A program made the translations under genes and the position numbers. Source: an uncultured Acidobacteriota bacterium (lineage in GTDB: Bacteria; Acidobacteriota; Blastocatellia; RBC074). Taken from it: a stretch of DNA of 64,000 nt. Positions 56,673-64,000 of this stretch are shown here, piece by piece (within the stretch, counting starts at the first letter, position 1; each line of letters begins with the position of its first letter). The stretch lies in contig CAWCKY010000006.1 of assembly GCA_963796275.1 (NCBI GenBank), positions 1,536,001 through 1,600,000 on the forward strand, given 5' to 3'. The notes below the pieces were generated by a model. The model made no database searches and was not told the DNA's origin. It worked only from the letters and a program-made list of their open reading frames with translations.

Positions 56673-57133
56673 TCATCAGAGTTGAGGCTAAAATCAATAA
56701 GTTAATACATAGACATAAAAACCGAGTCAATATTTCACCTATAATGTTGCTCGTTTTAGCGGTTGTATCCTGCTCTTCTTTGCAAAGCCCTGAGTTAGCC
56801 AACATTGCGATTCAGGATTTCCATAAAAAATATAATAACGAACAGTACAAAGAAATTTACAATCAATCGGATGAAAGCTTCAAACAAACTGTGCCAGAGG
56901 GAGAAGCCATAGTATTTTTTACCAAGCTTGGTGAAAAGCTGGGAAAAGTTGGAAACACCAAGCCGATTAAGCAGGGTATAAGCGTAACATCAATGGGAAC
57001 TATGGTAACCATAAGTAATGATACGGAGTTCTCAAGAGGAAAGGCGCAAGAAAGATTTGTATTTATCATTAAAGATAGTGTTATTAAGCTGATGGATTAT
57101 AAAGTAGATTCGCCCTTATTGCTCTCGCGATAA
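56669..57133 (+). CDS. DUF4019/DUF3887-like lipoprotein, candidate immunity protein
   Basis: Lipobox LAVVSC; IQDFHKKYNNEQYKEIY...KLG...TEFSRGKAQERFVF pattern; AT-rich. Confidence 0.65.
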   Translation: MIIRVEAKINKLIHRHKNRVNISPIMLLVLAVVSCSSLQSPELANIAIQDFHKKYNNEQYKEIYNQSDESFKQTVPEGEAIVFFTKLGEKLGKVGNTKPIKQGISVTSMGTMVTISNDTEFSRGKAQERFVFIIKDSVIKLMDYKVDSPLLLSR

Positions 57134-57276
57134 TGCGGAACCAATCGATTCCAAATCCCATTCTCACCGCCAATTCGTTCGGAGATCCGCGACAAGCCAT
57201 GTTCCCAATACATATTTTCAGCTCATGCGCTTAACCTGACGGTAAGGTCTTCGTTTTTTCTTCAGCCACCAGACCA

Positions 57277-57463
57277 CAATTTGAAGAGATGATGCTGAAT
57301 CCGAGGCTACAGCGGGGCGTTTGGGAACCACCCTATGATAGATCAGATGAACATCCCCCTGCCTGGGATATTTGCCGGTAGGACGTGTCAGGCCTCAGTG
57401 AGAATTCCCGGCACCAGTGTTCGAGAGCGACAGGATGCCGATCTCATTGCTGCCGCTTCCGTG
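57277..57463 (+). pseudogene. Decayed 3' end of a third propeller/TIGR03437 gene
   Basis: GATAGATCAGATGAACATCCC...ATTCCCGGCACC...GCCGCTTCCGTGAGA matches the ends of 47037..49553 and 57691..60213, with indels. Confidence 0.8.
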
Positions 57464-57521
57464 AGACAGCCACAGAGGCGCATCCGAAAATCTTAAATTT
57501 CCGGATTTTATCAAAGCGGGC

Positions 57522-57604
57522 AGTCAAATCGGCCCGCGAATAGTCAAAACGGCCAGTGAATAGTCATTTAGGCTCTGTTTATCATTTTGAGATATCAATA
57601 CCCT
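57522..57604 (+). promoter_or_regulatory. Three 20-bp direct repeats plus a -10-like TACCCT: putative AraC-activated promoter, copy 2
   Basis: AGTCA at 57522, 57542 and 57562; one mismatch to copy 1 over the 60-bp repeat block; same spacing to the -10. Confidence 0.7.
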
Positions 57605-57690
57605 GAAGCTGTCTGATCAGATCGATTGAAATCTGGTTGTTGGCCGGGTTTATTGGATTCATCTTTCTTCCAAAAGGAGGGTTTCATAAC

Positions 57691-60213
57691 GTGAAAAGTT
57701 ATATTCTGTTTTTATGCGGGTTTGTCATGTGCTGTTTCACCGTCTTGGGTTCGGAAAATATTCTCACTACCACCAGCGCGCAACAAGCCGACATTGAACT
57801 TTCGCTGGCTCTGTTGCCGATTCCCGGCAATACGGTCGGAATTCGTGTGCGCGGGGCGAGTAGGAACGGCAAGCGTCTGGTCTTCGAATCGGAGAACAAT
57901 TTTAACGGCGGCAATCCCGACCGAAACCCCGAGATTTTTGTCTTTGATATCGATTCCCAAAGTATCATTCAGATAACTAACTCCCAGAATAGGGCGCACC
58001 CCTTCGTCTATGTCAAAAACCTTACGCCATCGATCAGCGGTGATGGATCCAAGATCGTCTTCTCTTCCAATGCGCCTTTGGGCGATATGCCGAACACTAA
58101 TTACAATAGTGAAATCTACCTGGCCAATCTGCCGCCCGGCGCGACGACGGCGACGATCCGTCGCCTGACCAAGACCACCGAACCGAACTGTAGCATCGGG
58201 AATCCAAGCGTCAATGATGACGGCAGTATGATCGTTTTCGGATCGGGTTGTAAGGTCTTCAATGAGACCAATGTTGCAGGGTCATTTACTGCCGATATTC
58301 CTGCGTATAGTGCCGAAATTATGGCGCTTCGGCTGGATCCTGGGCAAACGCGATATCGATACATTCAGGTGACGGGTTCGCAAAATTATAACGACTGCGA
58401 GGGTACCTGTTCCAGCCATACTCCGAGAGTCAGTGGCAATGGGATGGTGGTGGCGTTTCTCTCTTACGGGAATTTTGAGGGCAGAAACGTCGATGCGAAC
58501 GGGGATTTTCAGAGTGGTAATGAAGAGATTTTCCTAAGCAGGTATGATCTTGGGAGTAGTAGATTCACCAACATCATACAGGTCACCGATACCCTTGAAA
58601 ACAACGGTGTGGGGGGAATCGTTCCGATCTTCGATGTAATGACGGGAAAATTCCGAGTAGATAATAATAGGGCGAGGGCAAACCTGTTTCCGCCGTATAT
58701 AAATCCGCTGAGCAATGATGGGAGGTGGCTCGTGATGGAGTCGGCGGGAAACTATGATGGGATCAATCACAACAAGGCGCGGAACGTCTGGCTTTTCGAT
58801 ACAGTCAACCGCTCTTTTATTAGGCTTACCAATCAGATGGCCTCTCCTATGCCGACCCAGGATGAGCTGGGGCGGCTGGACCATACTTTCACACCCAGCA
58901 TCGATGCGGCGGGAACATTCATAACTTTCTGCTCGTCGCTCAATCTCACATCGCAGAACCCCGATGGCAGCAAAGAGGTTTTCAGGTACGAGATTAACAA
59001 CGGGACTCTCCGGCAGCTCACTTTCACCCAGCCTTCGTCTTTCTTCGACGATCAGCGTTACAACTTCACATCATCGTTTCTAACTGAAAATGGCGATATG
59101 GTGTCATTCAATTATCTCACGCAATCGCTGCAGCCCAACGCCCAGAACGTTATGGGCCTTTTCCAGATGATTATCCGCCCGATAACCAGCCCCAACAATG
59201 TGGGGACGGCTATCGGCAATGCGGCAAGCTTCAACACGAACCAGATCGCGCGCGGGTCACTCGCTATCTCCCTTGGCACTCAGATCGCGGGGGCCGTGTC
59301 CCCGGCCTCGCTGCCATTCGTGCTCAATGGGGTATCAGTCAGGGTAGGCCAGGTGGCGGCGCGGATCGCCTCGATAGTAGATGGAAGAGTCACATTCTTG
59401 ATGCCAAATGAAATTGCGACTGGAGTGATCGATTACTCGATCAACGATAACGGAGTGCAACATACGGGTAATGTAGTAATCGTGGATGCAGCGCCTGGAA
59501 TCTATACCATCGACGGGGGCGGGACAGGAGATTCGACCGCCTATTGTTACAGCATATACCGGAACGGGACAGATGGTTACTCGGATCTTCCGTGCGCGGC
59601 GAGTAACAACGACGCGACCAATTTTCTGGTCATCGTGGGGACGGGCTGGCGTAATTCTCCTGGGGGTACCCAGGTCAAGATCAACGGGACAACATTGAAT
59701 TCGAGCTATAGCGGCGCGACCGGGCTTCTCACTCAGGATCAGATCAACGTCATTCTCCCGTCGTATCTCGCCGGATTGCAGAATGCCGAACTCTCGGTGG
59801 TGATTCCCGGCAGCGGGCTTGAGAGCAACAGGGTGCCGATCTCATTCCAGGGTACGCCGACATCCCCAACCATTTTGGAGGGCAATGATGGTGTCGATTG
59901 TGTGAGCTCAAGGCTTGGGCAGCCCGACACCTACTCGGAGCCGCCGTGTGTGGTGAGCAATGGCTCAACAATGAGGCTCCTGGTCCTCTATGGATTTGGG
60001 TGGCGCAATGCGCCGAATCTGCAGGTCAAGTTTGAGGAATTGATACTGAATCCGAGCTACAGCGGCCCGTTGGGGAATAATCCAGCGATAGATCAGATGA
60101 ACATCATACTACCATCGAGTCTTGCCGGCAGGACGGGCCATATCTCAGTGATAATTCCCGGCACCGGCGTCGAGAGCAATAAGGTGAGCATCTCATTCCA
60201 GCCGCTTCCGTGA
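57691..60213 (+). CDS. Secreted beta-propeller/TIGR03437 protein, copy 2
   Basis: AAGGAGG RBS before GTG 57691; colinear paralog of 47037..49553. Confidence 0.8.
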   Translation: MKSYILFLCGFVMCCFTVLGSENILTTTSAQQADIELSLALLPIPGNTVGIRVRGASRNGKRLVFESENNFNGGNPDRNPEIFVFDIDSQSIIQITNSQNRAHPFVYVKNLTPSISGDGSKIVFSSNAPLGDMPNTNYNSEIYLANLPPGATTATIRRLTKTTEPNCSIGNPSVNDDGSMIVFGSGCKVFNETNVAGSFTADIPAYSAEIMALRLDPGQTRYRYIQVTGSQNYNDCEGTCSSHTPRVSGNGMVVAFLSYGNFEGRNVDANGDFQSGNEEIFLSRYDLGSSRFTNIIQVTDTLENNGVGGIVPIFDVMTGKFRVDNNRARANLFPPYINPLSNDGRWLVMESAGNYDGINHNKARNVWLFDTVNRSFIRLTNQMASPMPTQDELGRLDHTFTPSIDAAGTFITFCSSLNLTSQNPDGSKEVFRYEINNGTLRQLTFTQPSSFFDDQRYNFTSSFLTENGDMVSFNYLTQSLQPNAQNVMGLFQMIIRPITSPNNVGTAIGNAASFNTNQIARGSLAISLGTQIAGAVSPASLPFVLNGVSVRVGQVAARIASIVDGRVTFLMPNEIATGVIDYSINDNGVQHTGNVVIVDAAPGIYTIDGGGTGDSTAYCYSIYRNGTDGYSDLPCAASNNDATNFLVIVGTGWRNSPGGTQVKINGTTLNSSYSGATGLLTQDQINVILPSYLAGLQNAELSVVIPGSGLESNRVPISFQGTPTSPTILEGNDGVDCVSSRLGQPDTYSEPPCVVSNGSTMRLLVLYGFGWRNAPNLQVKFEELILNPSYSGPLGNNPAIDQMNIILPSSLAGRTGHISVIIPGTGVESNKVSISFQPLP

Positions 60214-60215
60214 GA

Positions 60216-60389
60216 CGGCCATCTGAGATTTGAGATTTAATATTCGTCCTTAATTCAAATTTCAAATCTCTGTGGCCGAGCCTGATTACTGATCACAGCA
60301 ATATCGTGGTTGGGATTGTTAATAGTCGATTTCGATTATAGATGACCGTCCCAGTTTTGTCTCCAGTCGGTCATCAGGAGGTTGAACCT
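60216..60389 (+). promoter_or_regulatory. Conserved structured intergenic spacer, copy 2
   Basis: Near-identical to 49556-49745 except for heptamer copy number. Confidence 0.5.
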
Positions 60390-63300
60390 ATGTCTCGCCT
60401 GCTCGAGAAATCCTCTCTCTTCTTGGCCCATTTCATTCACAGAGCTCTTTCCGCGTGTGGAACTCTGCGCGCCGCATTCCGGCAGACACGATGCTGCCTG
60501 TCGTCACTTTTGCGAGCGCTCCTGTTTCGCCGCGAGGCCGAGAGAGGGCGTTTCGCCGTGTCGACCATCCATCGGTTCGTCTGTGCGGTGATGGTGATGG
60601 TGATGCCTGCCCAGATGGTCGTAGCTTCACCTCAGATTTCCCACTCCGTGGCGGAGACGGTCTCGCTAAGAACGATCAATGGGTGGCAGCAGGTGGATCA
60701 CTGGTGGGCCTCGAGCGGATGGGAGGAGAGGACAGAGCGCTTCGTGCGTGAGAACCTTCCCTTCCTGCGCACCGCCACGCCGCAAAGGAAGGGCTGGGAT
60801 GGGAGAGGGGCGCCGGCGGGAGAGCGGATGCCGGAGCCGAGACCGCAGGAGAGTCAGGCAGAGCGCCATGCGCGAGTGGTGCGTGTGGAGGTGATCCCGG
60901 ATGAAGTCACGGTCAGACCCGATCAGCCGGTAGAGTTCATCGTCATCGGATATGACAGCAATAATGCGCCGGTCAGCAGCCTGTCGTTTGAGCTGAGCGG
61001 GGAAGATGAGAAGACCGGGGAGCAGGTGAATGTAGCAGGGAAAGGGAAGTTTGCAGCCTCAAGAGAGGGAGAATACCGGGTGAAGGTCAATGCGTTGGGT
61101 CATCAGGCCGAAGCCCGGGTGAGTGTGAAGGCCGCCCCCCAAGCGCTGAGTGACAGACCGGTGGTTCCCTATACCTACTCATCGCGCGAGGTGGCGCCGG
61201 CGCCGCGATCGACTTCGTCTGTACAGCCGAAGAGCGGGCGCACCGGCAGGCAGAGAGGAAAGATCGCCGGTGGGTGGGCTAGCAGGTACGCGGCGAGCGG
61301 GACGAAGCTGATGGCAGCGATCGCGCAGAGCGGAGATCAGTATGGCTGGAACGACGGCAACGCGGGGACGGCGGACAATCCCGGGTCTCGGCGTGGGACG
61401 CCGGCCGGAGAGCCGCCCGATGGGGGAGCGGGCAACTCCAATTACCAATTCACGGCGCCGGTTCTGGCGGTGGAGGGGCGAGGTCTGGATCTGGATCTGG
61501 GGATGTACTACAACTCGCGGGTATGGCATAAGGCGGGCTTCGTCGTCACCCACGACATCGATCGCGATTGGCCGGCGCCCGGCTGGGAATTCGGGTTCAG
61601 CAAGATCGTGGGGATGGGAGAGCAGAGCGGCTATATGATCATGGAAGCCAACGGGACGAGGCGGCCATACACCTGCACGATCACGCCGCAGCAGCCGATC
61701 GGGTTCGCCGACTGCAAGACGACGGACGGATCATTCATCGATTACCACGTGGAGGCGAATTTTCCGGGAGGAAAACCGATCTCGGCGCGGATGGTGCTTT
61801 CCAACGGGACGGTGATCACGATGGACTCGGCCAATCCATATGGGTCTGGTCCCAATGCGGTCTACCCGCAGAATATTCAGGATAGTCACGGGAATCGGAT
61901 AAATATCGCGTATGTGCCGCACTCATTCCCATATGGCGGGGAGCCGAAGCTACGCTACGTCATCGACACGATGGGGAAGGTGATCCAGTTCTATTACGAT
62001 GCCAATAACCTGCCGGTGGCGGTGACAGCGCCGGGATTGGACGGGACGAGGAGAACGGTGGTGCGGATCACCTACGAATGGAAGAACAAAAGCAGCCTGG
62101 GAAGTTTCGCCAACCTGGTACCGCTGGTCCGAGGTAATACATTTCCGGTGGTGAAGGGGATCTATTATCCGGAGAGCCAGACGGGGTGGTGGTTCGGCGA
62201 CACGGATTCATATTCAGCGTATGGGATGATCGCGAAGGTAGTCAATCAGCGAGGGATGGGCTTCAGCGGGGCGGCGCTGCCGGCCGATTCGTTACAACCG
62301 GCAGATATGGGAACGATCACGCCTGGAGTGATGACGCACCAGTTGGTCTATGACTATCCGATGGTATCGAGCGGATTGAGGGATGAGCCGAGATACCAGA
62401 CGATGACCGAGACGTGGGCGCATATGGATGAGGCGCCGGCGGTGACGCGATATCTGGTGCAGGAGGATGCGACGCCGCGGCGAACGGAGATGACGCGGCC
62501 TGACGGGGTGAAGATGGTGATGCTGTCGCATAACGCGCCGGGAGATTTCAAGGATGGTCGTGTATATCAGAACGAGACGTACAGCCCGCAGGGAGCGCTG
62601 CTGAGCCGATCATACATCGAATGGGAGGAGGGGAACTGTTCGCAGCCGGGGCAGGCGCCGGGGCAATACGAGTACTGTGCGCCGCGCGTGAGCCGGATAG
62701 AGACGACTGATGAACTGGGCCGGAAGACGGGCAAAGAGTTCAGCTACGGGTCGCTCTTCAATCAGGTGGAGGAGGCGCGTCTATATGGCTACGGGTATAA
62801 ATTTGATGGGGCGAAGACGTTGCTGCGGAAGACGAAGACTGAGTATATGAATGATGGGAAGTATATCGATTATCAGCAGCGAGCGTATGGGAGCCATATC
62901 TACAATCTGGTGGCGGCGAGCGAGGTATATGCGGGGGACGGCACGACGCGGCTGTCGCGCGTCGAGTATTCCTATGATGAAAACACCGGGACAGAGGGAT
63001 TGAAAAACGCGCCCGGGATAACGACAGACGGATATAACGATTTCTTCAATCCGCATACTAACCCGACGAGCGAGAGTACGTGGAGTCGAGGAGACGTGAC
63101 GGCAGTCAAGCGATACGCAAAGGCGGCGACGCTGGAAGCCGGGAGCGCGATCAGCGAGACGATGAATTACGACGTGACGGGGAATGTGGTGAAGGTGGTG
63201 CCGCAATGCTGCGGGCAGACGACGATCAATTACACGGCGAACACGCAATACGCGTGGCCGGAATCGGTGACCAGCGGATCGGCGAGTGAGGAGACGAAAC

Positions 63301-64000
63301 AGAATACGAGTTCATCGACCTACGATTTCAACACGGGACTGGTGAAGACGGTGACCGACGCGAATGGGCGAACATCGCAGTACCAATACATTCCCGGAAC
63401 GACGCGGCCATTAAAGGAGATTGGGCCGACGGGGGCCTACACCTATCACGAGTACGATGATGCGGGGCTGAAGGTGATGGACTTCGCCTACAGGGCTGGG
63501 GAGAGCGAGGGGGATTTCTCTTCGCGCAGTGATAAATACCTGAATGGGCAGGGCGGAGTGCGGCTGGCGATCGCGTATGGGAAGGATGACGTGCAGGATC
63601 AGGTGGCGATCAAATATGACCAGATGAGGAGAGTGAAGCAGCAGAGCCGGCCGTACCGCAGTGGGGAGACGCCGCAATGGAGCACTGTAACCTATGATTA
63701 TCTGGATCGGCCGATGAAGACGACCTCGCCTGACTTGAGCGAAATGACGAGAGCGTACAACCAGGGGGAGGAGCCTGAGGGAGCATCAGGGGAAGCCGGG
63801 CAGACGGTGCGAGTGACGGATGCATGGGGGAGGGAGCGATGGGCGCTGAGTGATGCGCTGGGGAGGCTGGTGAAGGTGATCGAGCCGAAAGCGGATGGGG
63901 ACGGAAAGGTAAACACGGATGGGATGGTGACGACCTACAAGTACGATGACCTGGATCGCTTGATAGAGGTGAGGCAGGGAGAGCAGATACGGAGATTCAG
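60390..64000 (+). CDS. Second Rhs/YD-repeat protein, running off the window end
   Basis: AGGAGG RBS before ATG 60390 (MSRLLEKSSLFLAH...); colinear with 49746..~53345; absent from the ORF track, consistent with no stop before the window end. Confidence 0.9.
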   Translation, partial: MSRLLEKSSLFLAHFIHRALSACGTLRAAFRQTRCCLSSLLRALLFRREAERGRFAVSTIHRFVCAVMVMVMPAQMVVASPQISHSVAETVSLRTINGWQQVDHWWASSGWEERTERFVRENLPFLRTATPQRKGWDGRGAPAGERMPEPRPQESQAERHARVVRVEVIPDEVTVRPDQPVEFIVIGYDSNNAPVSSLSFELSGEDEKTGEQVNVAGKGKFAASREGEYRVKVNALGHQAEARVSVKAAPQALSDRPVVPYTYSSREVAPAPRSTSSVQPKSGRTGRQRGKIAGGWASRYAASGTKLMAAIAQSGDQYGWNDGNAGTADNPGSRRGTPAGEPPDGGAGNSNYQFTAPVLAVEGRGLDLDLGMYYNSRVWHKAGFVVTHDIDRDWPAPGWEFGFSKIVGMGEQSGYMIMEANGTRRPYTCTITPQQPIGFADCKTTDGSFIDYHVEANFPGGKPISARMVLSNGTVITMDSANPYGSGPNAVYPQNIQDSHGNRINIAYVPHSFPYGGEPKLRYVIDTMGKVIQFYYDANNLPVAVTAPGLDGTRRTVVRITYEWKNKSSLGSFANLVPLVRGNTFPVVKGIYYPESQTGWWFGDTDSYSAYGMIAKVVNQRGMGFSGAALPADSLQPADMGTITPGVMTHQLVYDYPMVSSGLRDEPRYQTMTETWAHMDEAPAVTRYLVQEDATPRRTEMTRPDGVKMVMLSHNAPGDFKDGRVYQNETYSPQGALLSRSYIEWEEGNCSQPGQAPGQYEYCAPRVSRIETTDELGRKTGKEFSYGSLFNQVEEARLYGYGYKFDGAKTLLRKTKTEYMNDGKYIDYQQRAYGSHIYNLVAASEVYAGDGTTRLSRVEYSYDENTGTEGLKNAPGITTDGYNDFFNPHTNPTSESTWSRGDVTAVKRYAKAATLEAGSAISETMNYDVTGNVVKVVPQCCGQTTINYTANTQYAWPESVTSGSASEETKQNTSSSTYDFNTGLVKTVTDANGRTSQYQYIPGTTRPLKEIGPTGAYTYHEYDDAGLKVMDFAYRAGESEGDFSSRSDKYLNGQGGVRLAIAYGKDDVQDQVAIKYDQMRRVKQQSRPYRSGETPQWSTVTYDYLDRPMKTTSPDLSEMTRAYNQGEEPEGASGEAGQTVRVTDAWGRERWALSDALGRLVKVIEPKADGDGKVNTDGMVTTYKYDDLDRLIEVRQGEQIRRF

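Larger units (their letters stand above)
46870..64000 (+). repeat. Tandem segmental duplication with a ~10.65 kb period
   Basis: Operators at 46870/57522, propeller starts at 47037/57691, Rhs starts at 49746/60390. Confidence 0.9.

Noticed and set aside
47037-60213. Diversity-generating retroelement explaining the propeller variation
   Set aside because: No reverse transcriptase in the window. Differences include T/C and G/C changes and indels (e.g. CAGTGGATTATG vs CCGCCGTATATA), not adenine-restricted substitutions.
46870-64000. Tandem duplication as an assembly artefact
   Set aside because: The copies differ by many substitutions and frame-preserving indels while both remain open.

Overview
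Bacterial chromosomal window, most consistent with Acidobacteriota (Blastocatellia-like). This is inferred from the acidobacterial VWA proteins, an Oar-like TonB-dependent receptor and TIGR03437-type C-terminal domains. Bases 1-46,000 hold ordinary metabolic and housekeeping genes (xth, mgtE, acyl-CoA dehydrogenase, amidohydrolases, Ser/Thr kinase, patatin-Omp85, OmpA, MFS transporters, EF-G2, RelA/SpoT, RidA, SurA-like, ABC-F, M20 peptidase). The intergenic spaces are crowded with REP-like palindromes and heptamer-repeat hairpins. Six single-base frameshifts occur here and look like sequencing or assembly indels. From about 46,400 to the window end lies an accessory locus: a stand-alone AraC gene followed by a tandemly duplicated ~10.65 kb cassette. 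Each unit has a 3 x 20-bp direct-repeat operator with a -10 box, a secreted beta-propeller/TIGR03437 protein, a conserved structured spacer, and a signal-peptide-bearing Rhs protein. In unit 1, low-GC candidate immunity genes follow. The two propeller paralogs have near-identical frameworks but replaced loops, and a decayed third copy sits between the units. This is the best candidate for an undescribed system: an Rhs polymorphic toxin with no T6SS markers nearby, paired with a diversifying propeller partner. All family assignments come from motif recognition by eye; no database searches were run.
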